Shown here: positions 42,477-51,400 of the stretch, one piece after another | Position numbering within the stretch: the first letter of the stretch is position 1 | Layout of the letters: each line of letters opens with the position of its first letter | Source of the DNA: Promethearchaeota archaeon | GTDB taxonomy: Archaea > Asgardarchaeota > Lokiarchaeia > Sigyniarchaeales > SOKP01 | DNA: 62,083 nucleotides | Assembly (NCBI GenBank): GCA_016839585.1 | Contig: JAEOTZ010000074.1 | Location: 1-62,083 of the forward strand | Direction: 5' to 3' | Translations under genes and position numbers: made by a program | The notes under the pieces: generated by a model | What the model was told of the DNA's origin: nothing | The model's database searches: none | What the model saw: only the letters and a program-made list of their open reading frames with translations

Positions 42477-44729
42477 TTGAAAATTAAATATTTTAGAGAA
42501 ATCAATAAAAAGTTCTTTCTAATTTTATTCATTAATTTTTGCGTTATATTACTGTTATTTCATAATAATAATTTTTATGTAGATAACCAGAAAAAAGGCG
42601 TCCTAAATTCATCAAATGTACTTGGAGATGATGATAGAGTAAGAATCACTCCTACAACCTCTTATCCCTGGAGTAAAATTGTAAAATTACGTATAACTTG
42701 GGGAGGCTCGAATTATATTGGTTCAGGCGTGATAATCGATAAAAATCATGTACTCACTGCTGGACACTGTGTATATCAAAATTCTCTTGGAGGATGGGCT
42801 GAATCAATAAAAGTTTCTCCAGCTATTGATAATGGAAATGAGCCTTATGGGTATGCTTGGGTGATTAACATGCGTACGTATACTTATTGGATAGAAAGTC
42901 AATACACTCAATATGATTTCGCTCTCTTAACCCTAGACCAAGATATTGGTCTGCAAACAGGATGGATGGAAATTTATTCAGGTGAATCATCTGATCCAGT
43001 TTATAGAGGAGATCTTAATATAGCCGGTTATCCTTACGATTTAGATAATGGACAAAATATGTACTGGTGCTATGAAAGTGGACGGATTGCTACTGAAAAT
43101 AATCACTGGTATTATTTGGATACAGAAGGAGGTATGAGCGGTTCTCCTGTTTGGTTCGATGATGGAACTAATAAATATATCCTCTCAGTTCACACGTGTG
43201 GCAATGATGGTTCGGGAAGTAATCATGGAACCACGATAAATCAAAATAAATTATATGCCATTAATAATTGGATCTTTGTGGAAGAAACATCTATTGATAA
43301 ACCTGATTTAGCCTCTGGAACCAATGATTTTGCCAGTTTTAATACAACGATAGTTGGAGCAGGGATAACACCTTTTAAAACTTGGTGTGATGTTCATAAT
43401 GTAGGAACAACCCCATCAGGTTCCTTTATTATTTCATATTATGCTTCAAATGATACTATTATTTCAGAGGAGGATTATCTACTTGGGATTGCACCTATAT
43501 CTTCAATTTCTCCTACAAAATATAAAAGTTCAAGTTGGTCCGGGATTTTTCCTGAAAATGTGCCAAGTGGAAGATATTACATTGGTAGAATTCTAGACAT
43601 TAATAATAATATCGATGAATTCAATGAAAACAATAATATAAACTATATATCACCTACCAAGATTTTAGTTGATGCTACTCCTCCATTAAATCCTACATCA
43701 TGCATACAATTAGAAGGCTCAACACAGAATAATGTATGGCAAGGTTCGGTAAATGATCCTTTCTTCAGCTGGGATGGAGCTTCAGATGTTCATACAAATG
43801 TTGCAGGTTACTATTATTATTGGGGACCTGATCCTAATGGAACATCCACTAATTTTATCACACCTTCAAGTTACGATCCACCGGCAGTTAGCTCAGGTAT
43901 ATATTACCTGCGAGTTAAAACTCAAGATGGTGTTGGAAATAATGCAACGTGGAAAACTCTCTATATTTTTAAGTATGATGATACACCACCTCTAAATCCT
44001 ACCATTTGTAATCAATTAGAAGGATCGACAAAAAATAATATATGGCAAAATAAGGTAAATGATCCCTTTTTTAACTGGAGTGGGGCTTCTGATACCCAAT
44101 CTAATATAGCAGGATATTATTATTACTGGGGACCTGATATTAATGGAATATCATCTTCATTTACTTCATTAAATAGCTTGGATGCACCAATAGTTAGTTC
44201 AGGAACAAATTATCTAAGGATTCGAGCAAAAGATAACGCAGAAAATAATGCATCATGGATTACCCTTTACACTTTTAAATTTGATGGAATAGTACCTTTA
44301 AACCCTTCAACATGCGATCAATTAGCTGGCTCTACTCAAAACGATGTTTGGCAAGGCTTAGTAGATGATCCTTTCTTCAATTGGAGCGATGGGCTAGATT
44401 CTCACTCAGGTGTAGCTGGATACTATTATTATTGGGGTACTGATCTTAATGGAACATCCAATAATTTTACTATACATCCCATTTTTAATCCTCCAGTAGT
44501 GGAAACAGGAGTTTATTATCTAAGAATCCGCACAAAGGATAATGCAGGAAATAACGCATCATGGACCACGCTTTATATTTTTAAGTATGATGAGAGCTTA
44601 AGTAGTGTAGATAATAATTCAAATCATAGTTCTATAATGAAAAGTATCTTTATATTTGAAGTATTCGTAATTATTGCTCTTATTTGTTTGGTATCAATAT
44701 ATCAATTTAAAAAGCGCTTGAAGAGTTAA
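42477..44729 (+). CDS. Membrane-anchored trypsin-like (V8/S1B-type) serine protease with CARDB-like domain and three tandem repeats
   Basis: TAGHC, YDFALL and GMSGSP catalytic triad; DxNNxIDEFNENNN; C-terminal TM helix. Confidence 0.88.
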   Translation: MKIKYFREINKKFFLILFINFCVILLLFHNNNFYVDNQKKGVLNSSNVLGDDDRVRITPTTSYPWSKIVKLRITWGGSNYIGSGVIIDKNHVLTAGHCVYQNSLGGWAESIKVSPAIDNGNEPYGYAWVINMRTYTYWIESQYTQYDFALLTLDQDIGLQTGWMEIYSGESSDPVYRGDLNIAGYPYDLDNGQNMYWCYESGRIATENNHWYYLDTEGGMSGSPVWFDDGTNKYILSVHTCGNDGSGSNHGTTINQNKLYAINNWIFVEETSIDKPDLASGTNDFASFNTTIVGAGITPFKTWCDVHNVGTTPSGSFIISYYASNDTIISEEDYLLGIAPISSISPTKYKSSSWSGIFPENVPSGRYYIGRILDINNNIDEFNENNNINYISPTKILVDATPPLNPTSCIQLEGSTQNNVWQGSVNDPFFSWDGASDVHTNVAGYYYYWGPDPNGTSTNFITPSSYDPPAVSSGIYYLRVKTQDGVGNNATWKTLYIFKYDDTPPLNPTICNQLEGSTKNNIWQNKVNDPFFNWSGASDTQSNIAGYYYYWGPDINGISSSFTSLNSLDAPIVSSGTNYLRIRAKDNAENNASWITLYTFKFDGIVPLNPSTCDQLAGSTQNDVWQGLVDDPFFNWSDGLDSHSGVAGYYYYWGTDLNGTSNNFTIHPIFNPPVVETGVYYLRIRTKDNAGNNASWTTLYIFKYDESLSSVDNNSNHSSIMKSIFIFEVFVIIALICLVSIYQFKKRLKS
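43670..44590 (+). repeat. Three ~306-bp intragenic tandem repeats in the protease gene
   Basis: PLNP...CxQLxGST...DPFFxW...AGYYYYWG...YLR...NNAxWxTLYxFKxD occurs three times. Confidence 0.9.
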
Positions 44730-44892
44730 AAACTCAGGTAATTAAATTTTTTTTAACATTATAATCACTTAGATTATATTAAAGATAAAATGTAGAATAA
44801 ATTTTTCATACAAGAAACTTTTTATATGAATTATTAATATGACGTCTTGATAAAGTAATTAAAGTCTAAGTTATCAGATTTTTTGAATTAAA

Positions 44893-45585
44893 ATGATTGA
44901 AAAGACAAGTCAATCAAATAGAAATGAAGAAGATCCACCCTCTGTAGAGAATAAACAAAATAAGGAGCAAAAAGTCTTCGATGATAAAATCATTAAAATT
45001 AGTGATTCATTGATGAAAACTTATGTAATAGGAGGTTTATGTCTTACTTTTCCCGGATTTTTAATATTATTCATCTTTCTTTTTAGATTCTCACAGGAAT
45101 TTGAAACACCTCAATTAATTTTTACTGTTTTATTTATAGGGGGGTTTCCCATTATTACAATATTGATTTTTTATTTCATTAAGGGTCTAAGAAATTCTAC
45201 ATTTATTATGTCAGTTAATAAACTTGAGTTTTTTGCCAATAAATTTTTATTTTTAAGATTATATTGGACAGAAATTGAAAAAATAATAGTACAAAAAGAG
45301 ACATTTAGAAGACCTGTGAGTAGATATACTCTCTCATTTACTGCTTCGGATTCTGGTTATTCTTTAAACTTTAGTGGTGAAAATCTAGATAGAATCATTA
45401 ATCTCTGGTGTTTTCCTTTTAGTAAAAAAAAACAAAACGCAATTATAGATGGATTAGACAGATTTTCACAGAGACATAATAAAAAATTAATTTTAAAGAA
45501 TAAAATTGAAGATTTATATGATTATAATAAGTTACCATGTGAAGAAATCAATAATTTCATGAAATTACATAAGAAGAGAGTTTAA
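44893..45585 (+). CDS. Two-TM membrane protein with soluble C-terminal domain
   Basis: Two hydrophobic helices followed by a beta-rich segment (LYWTEIEKI, bPH-like). Confidence 0.7.
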   Translation: MIEKTSQSNRNEEDPPSVENKQNKEQKVFDDKIIKISDSLMKTYVIGGLCLTFPGFLILFIFLFRFSQEFETPQLIFTVLFIGGFPIITILIFYFIKGLRNSTFIMSVNKLEFFANKFLFLRLYWTEIEKIIVQKETFRRPVSRYTLSFTASDSGYSLNFSGENLDRIINLWCFPFSKKKQNAIIDGLDRFSQRHNKKLILKNKIEDLYDYNKLPCEEINNFMKLHKKRV

Positions 45586-45718
45586 GTATTGAAGAGAATA
45601 ATTCAAATCATAATTTTATAACAAAAATTATCTTTTTGGAAGTTTTTATAATTATTGCTCTTATTTGTGTAATATCAATATATCAGATTAAAAAGCGCAA
45701 AAAAAGATAAAAATTCAT
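45573..45718 (+). repeat. Diverged direct repeat of the protease gene 3' end (copy of 44589-44737)
   Basis: Translates EESLSIEENNSNHNFITKIIFLEVFIIIALICVISIYQIKKRKKR*, versus DESLSSVDNNSNHSSIMKSIFIFEVFVIIALICLVSIYQFKKRLKS* in the intact gene. Confidence 0.88.
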
Positions 45719-45810
45719 AATGTTGATTTCTTTAAGGAATGTATTTTTTTCATTGATTTCTTTTTTTTAAACTCTTTTTCTTTAAATATATCTGATAAAA
45801 TTAAGATCAA

Positions 45811-48402
45811 ATGGTTGAAAAAAGTTCTAAAAATAATTTCCCTAATCGCTGCAAATTCTGTGGGTGGAAATTTCCGAATGAATTAGTTGAAAGAATTAAT
45901 AAGAATAGTGATTTTCTATTTTGTGAACTCTGTGGTGCTGAAGTTAGATATAATAATGTGAAAAATCAAGAAAATGATGAAACTATTGAAAGTAAGAGTG
46001 ATAATGATCCAGGTGGCAGCATTGATAAATCAAAAAGTTCCCCTTGGAAACGATTCTATGAAACAATAAAGAATTTCATAATTGAAAATGAAGAGGGAGA
46101 AATTCAAGAAGGTTTAACTAAGAAACAAAGGGAACAAATTTTTAGAGTTTATAAAAACCCTGATTTTCCTCAAATTTTCAAAAGTAACTTTATTATTGTC
46201 TTTGCGCGAATTACTTATTTTGAGTTAAAAAAGCTAAAGAGCACGGCACATCTAAGGAATAGTAAAAGGAATTTAACAAAAGCTGAACTTAAAACTTTAA
46301 CAGAACGCCTTTCTCCAATTGCTAAGAAGGATATTAAAGTTGAATTCTTAAAAGACCTACATAAAATATCCCAAAATGATTTTAAGAAAAGGTTGAAAAG
46401 ACTACAAGTTAAATTGAAATCAAGCTCAACTTACTATCATGATTTCATCACCTACATTCAATGGCTTATAACAATTATCGCTAAAATCGTTTCAGAACTG
46501 TGGGATAATACAAATCTCCCCAAATTTGAACAAACAATACTTGAAGATTTAAAAAATTACTTTTACACCAAAAATAATATAAAAAATGATCCTGAAGAAA
46601 ATTTAACTGATAATATTTTAAAAGATGATTTTAGAAAAAATAATTTTGGGAAATTCTGCCATGTGGTAGTTGAGTATATTAAGAAGAGAATAGGGATTTC
46701 TAATAACAGATTTGACGAATATTACATACACATTAAAGAAAAGGGGCTTAATAATGAGGAGATACTTGAAGATGTTCTTTCAGACGATACCCTAACTAGA
46801 TTTCTAAAAATTTCAAATATTGATGCCCAAATTGACGATAGGTATATTAGCTCTAAGAATAGAAATAAGACTAAAAGAATTATACAAATCATTGCTCTTT
46901 TATTATTAAAATGCCCCAATTATCATTGTGTTGTTGACAATTTATCACGAATTGGGATAAGTTCTAAAACTAAGCAAAAATTAAGTAAACAAATGGCTAG
47001 AAAATCTGTTAGAAATTTTTTGAACAAGTTTCAAAAATTATATCCGCAAGTTGATCTTCAAAAATGGCTCCCGAAACCAAAGGAGAAATATACTCTTGAA
47101 TATATTAAAAACCTAGTAAAAGTAGTCAGTATAGAAAGAATAGGAGTAGAGGGGGAATTAATAGAACCTGAAACTGCTCAAAAATTTAAAGCTTTGAAAA
47201 ATAAATTGAGTTTAAAACCGGGTTCAGTGCCTTTAAAAGTTAAGTGTAGAAAATGTGGGGGGGTATTAAAAACTATGGGAAAATATCTCGAACGGGGAGA
47301 TTGGCCATGTAAATTATGTTTAGGATATATATATTCTTATAAAATGCTTAAAAGCGCAGTAAAAATGGTAAGTATTGAGAAAACATCTATTGAGGGTAAA
47401 TTGTTATGGCCTTCAAATGAAAATGATTGGATCAAGTATATATATAATCCAAATAGAAAATCTAAACCAAGTAGAATTCGATTAACGGTTCAATGTGGGT
47501 CCTGTGGAAACATATGGCACCCAGAAGCGCGAGCAGTAGTGCAGGAGAGACAGTGGTGTAAAATATGTAGTTGGAATGTGTTAACTTATGAAAAACTTGT
47601 ATTTTTAGTAGAATCTGTAGGATTAAATAAAACTGGAGTTAAAGGGATTTTAATCCGTCCTGAAAACGAAAACAAATTCAATGAACTTCTCAATAATGCT
47701 AGGAATATAATTGAATCTCTAAATATTAGTAAAAATAACCCCCGTTATAAAGGGTTGCAGCCAAAAAGATTAGGAATACAAGTTAAATGTGGGTTTTGTA
47801 AAAACCCATTTTCTACAAATGCAGAACGTTTGATTGCAAATAAATTTTGCCCTAGATGTTCATCTGGGGAGTATGAACAGATAATTTGTTGGTATGCTTC
47901 AAAAATCTTTAGTTATATTACAAAATCTAAATTAATTTTTCCAAAAGTACAATTAAGCAAAGTAATTAACAGTTTTGATAAAAATCGTTATTCACAAGAG
48001 GAACTAAATGCTATTGAAAACTTAATTAGAAAAGGGGGAGGCCATATTGATGGATATGAAAAATTTACTCTAGAATATAGTTGGTTAAAATTGGGCATTG
48101 AATATCAAGGGGAATACCATTATAAAGTTAAAAAATATTTAAATATGACAGATATAGATTTGGAATATCGTAAATTATTAGATTATTTAACAAAGGATCT
48201 TTCTGAACAGAATGAAATAATTTTATTAATATTTCCTTATTATGTTGATCCTTATATGCGGCATCCTAAAAAGATACAGAAATTTATTATTAATGAATTC
48301 GAAAGGTTAACTAATATTGATATAAAAAAGTATAATATTCCTCTATTCGACCACAGAACTCCAGAATTTGGCCAATATCGGTTAGATAATTATCTTAAGT
48401 AA
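45811..48402 (+). CDS. Zn-ribbon-repeat endonuclease, EDxHD/Vsr-like (homing-endonuclease-like), with PIP-box-like tail
   Basis: N-terminal CKFC...CELC; three repeats each ending in CxxC...CxxC; GEYEQ...IDGY...IEYQGEYHY...D; ends QYRLDNYLK. Confidence 0.72.
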   Translation: MVEKSSKNNFPNRCKFCGWKFPNELVERINKNSDFLFCELCGAEVRYNNVKNQENDETIESKSDNDPGGSIDKSKSSPWKRFYETIKNFIIENEEGEIQEGLTKKQREQIFRVYKNPDFPQIFKSNFIIVFARITYFELKKLKSTAHLRNSKRNLTKAELKTLTERLSPIAKKDIKVEFLKDLHKISQNDFKKRLKRLQVKLKSSSTYYHDFITYIQWLITIIAKIVSELWDNTNLPKFEQTILEDLKNYFYTKNNIKNDPEENLTDNILKDDFRKNNFGKFCHVVVEYIKKRIGISNNRFDEYYIHIKEKGLNNEEILEDVLSDDTLTRFLKISNIDAQIDDRYISSKNRNKTKRIIQIIALLLLKCPNYHCVVDNLSRIGISSKTKQKLSKQMARKSVRNFLNKFQKLYPQVDLQKWLPKPKEKYTLEYIKNLVKVVSIERIGVEGELIEPETAQKFKALKNKLSLKPGSVPLKVKCRKCGGVLKTMGKYLERGDWPCKLCLGYIYSYKMLKSAVKMVSIEKTSIEGKLLWPSNENDWIKYIYNPNRKSKPSRIRLTVQCGSCGNIWHPEARAVVQERQWCKICSWNVLTYEKLVFLVESVGLNKTGVKGILIRPENENKFNELLNNARNIIESLNISKNNPRYKGLQPKRLGIQVKCGFCKNPFSTNAERLIANKFCPRCSSGEYEQIICWYASKIFSYITKSKLIFPKVQLSKVINSFDKNRYSQEELNAIENLIRKGGGHIDGYEKFTLEYSWLKLGIEYQGEYHYKVKKYLNMTDIDLEYRKLLDYLTKDLSEQNEIILLIFPYYVDPYMRHPKKIQKFIINEFERLTNIDIKKYNIPLFDHRTPEFGQYRLDNYLK

Positions 48403-48434
48403 ATTCTAGTAAAAGGATTCTTTCTATACTTTTT

Positions 48435-51400
48435 TTAAATAACAGTACTTTCTTCTTCCTCTAATTCTAAAAGTCGCTTTGCCTCTTCCTCTAGATCTAC
48501 ACTGAAAATGTCTGTTATCCCACTTTGTTGCATGGAGACACCGTATATACGGTCTGCGTTAACTATATTCTCTTCACGATGGCTTATTACGAGGAACTGG
48601 GCTTGTTTTGAGAATTCACGTATCTGCATTGACACCCTATGGACGTTCGGCCCATCCAAGGCGGCATCAATCTCATCCATAATGTAAAAGGGTGCTGGAT
48701 AAAATTCTTGCACGGCAAAAATAAATGAAAGTGCCACGAGTGTTTTTTCACCCCCACTGAGAATTTCCAGACTTGAAATTTTCTTCCCACGAGGTCGAGC
48801 TTCGATGCTAATCCCTCCTTCAAAGGGTTTATCAGGGCGATCTAGGATCATTTTAGCCGAACCACCGGGACTAAGCTTCTGGAAAATTCTACTGAACTCT
48901 CTATTTATTTCATGGTAAGCTTTCATGAAGGTTCTTGTCTTCTCAAGTTCTATTTTATCTATTGCGTCTAAGATCGCCTTGCGTTCACGTTGAATAGTCT
49001 GTCTTCGCATATCTATCTCGTCGAATCTCTCTTTTACGGCATCATATTGTTCAATGGCTTTTAAGTTGACTGGTTCAAGAGCTTTTTTCTTCGTTGTTAC
49101 GTCCCCAATATCTGATTGTAATTCAGCTTCTGTTAAATCCTCAGTAACAGGAGGGAGTGCCCCATATTCTTTAGATCTCTGGAATAGAGTCTCTATTTGA
49201 TCAGTACAAATTATTTTTTTAGCTTCATAATTATTTATTTTAGCATTTTCCATAGAAAGATCTGATTTTAAATCATTTAAGATTTTTTGATATTGCTTTT
49301 GCTTTCTCCATGATTCGTCCTTTTTCAGATTGAATTCATCGATTTCTTTTTGTTTTACATCCTTTTTTCCATTTTCACTATTAAGTTGTTGCTTAAATTT
49401 TTCTAGTTCTTCTAAAATTGATTCTATTTGTTTTTCAGTATCTTTAATATCTTGATTTAATTCTGAAATTTTTTGTTCTCTTTCCTTATTTTTGTTTAAC
49501 TCATTAATTTGGCGTTGATATTTCTGTAAATCCTTATTTAATTTATTTAATTCTTTTTGAGCTGCTTTTTGTAATTCTACTTCTTTTGTTTTTTCATTTC
49601 TCAAGGAATCTATAGTCTGTTGTTTTTGATCAACATTTTTTTGAATTTCATCTACTTGAGAATTGAAATTTTCAATATTGTTAAGACAGAGTTCAATTTT
49701 ATTATTAGCATCTATATTCTCTTTCTTAATATCTTCAATTGAATTAATAATTCTCATCACATTTTCAAGTGCTCTTAGACGATCCATTGTATCTTCTAAT
49801 GACTCATTTTCCTTGTCTATTTGTTTTCTTAAACTTTCTGTTTTTTCCCAAAATTTTTCTTTTTCTAAAATTAATGCTTCAATTTTGTTTTGTAAGGTAT
49901 TTTGTTCTGTATGAATTTGATTTATGCTTTCTTCTGTATTGATAATTGAATTTTTCTTTTCCTCAATAATAATATTTAACTTTCCTATGTCAGAATCAAT
50001 TTCTGTAATATTTTCAAATAAATTTTGGATTCCGTGCAATTCTTGAAGATTTTCTCTTAAGTCTTCTAATTCTTTTTGTTTTTTATCAATATCATCTTGA
50101 ATCTTCGAAATATTTTCCCAGTAAGTATCTTTTAGTTCTTTTAATTTATTTATCTCAATTTCTAATTTTTCTGTTTCTTTTTGCTTCTCATTGACTAATT
50201 TCTTTCTTTCTTCAATTTCTAATTCAGAATTTTTAAATTTTTCATTTAATTCCTTATTTCTTCCATTAATTTCTTCAAGTCTTCTTGTTAATGTTGACGA
50301 GGTTTCTGAATTATGTTTTTTTAGAAGACTTAATTCTGACAATTTTTTCTCCGCACTATTAAGATCATCTCCTTGTGATTTAATATTTTCAGAGATATCT
50401 TCTAGTTGCTTATATAAATCTTGACTTTTTGACAATGTTAATTTTCTTAATGAAATATAGACATTTTCAAGAATTTCCATTAAATCCTGTACAAAGCTAT
50501 CAAAAGTTGAGGTTGATTCTTGTACTTCTACATCAGCAGATTCTTTAACTCTATTAATTAATTGATCAATTGTTGAATCTGCATTATCAGTAAATAATTT
50601 TAAAGTTCGGAGGATGGAATTTAACGTGTATGACATTTCAGAGGATTGTTCAGTATCCTCACTAATCCCCTCAACACTTTTCATGATATCTACAATATCT
50701 AGAATAAACTTTTTGAAATCTTCAGCAGAGGTCTCAATTGCTTCTGCATTTGATAATTGGATGTTACTTTTAATAGATTCAACAGAAATGTTAATATTTT
50801 GAGTGAGCATATTTAAAATTTGAAGAATTCCCGTTATATCTCTGGTATTTTTCTCATATTCTTCTTCAGAAGATTCTATTTTTTCTAATAAACTATCTCT
50901 TTCCTTTGTAAGTTCTTCTAAACGTCTTTGAATGTTCTGACTTTTAGAATTAAAATTTTCTGTATCTTTTTCTATTTTTGATAGATTACTATTTAGAGAA
51001 TTAATTTGCACTTCTGAATTACCCTTTTCACGCTCTAATTTAGTTAATTCTTTTTTAAAAATTTTTAATTCTGTATTGATATTATCTATTTTTGCATTAT
51101 TATCATGAATTTCTGAATCAAATGAATATTGTTTCATCTTTAAAAGTTCTAGATTTTGTTCATTACTCCTGAATACTGAGTTTTCTTTTTTCAAAGCTGT
51201 TTTTAATTCACTCAATTGTTTGTTAATATTTTCATTTTCTTTCAATAAACCCTTTACAACTTCTTCTGTGTCTTTACCTTTACTTAAATCTCTAATTTTA
51301 TTCTCAAAAGATGCTTTTTTATCATTTAAATCTTGGATTGTATTTCTATTCATACTAATTTCAGTATTCAATGATGATAATGTAGATTGTAGAAGAACTA

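Larger units (their letters stand above)
35084..48434. mobile_element. Genomic island inserted in the smc 3' end; no recognisable integrase
   Basis: Flanked by two copies of the smc 3' end sharing the 17-bp ATCCCACTTTGTTGCAT (35046-35062 and 48517-48533); all cargo is on the + strand inside a - strand operon. Confidence 0.8.

Noticed and set aside
40250-44590. Repeats in the surface proteins as CRISPR or DGR template/variable repeats
   Set aside because: They are in-frame protein domain repeats with no spacers; no reverse transcriptase or cas genes, and no evident adenine-specific variation
23997-48402. Both putative nucleases are exactly 863 aa
   Set aside because: No visible sequence similarity between them; treated as coincidence
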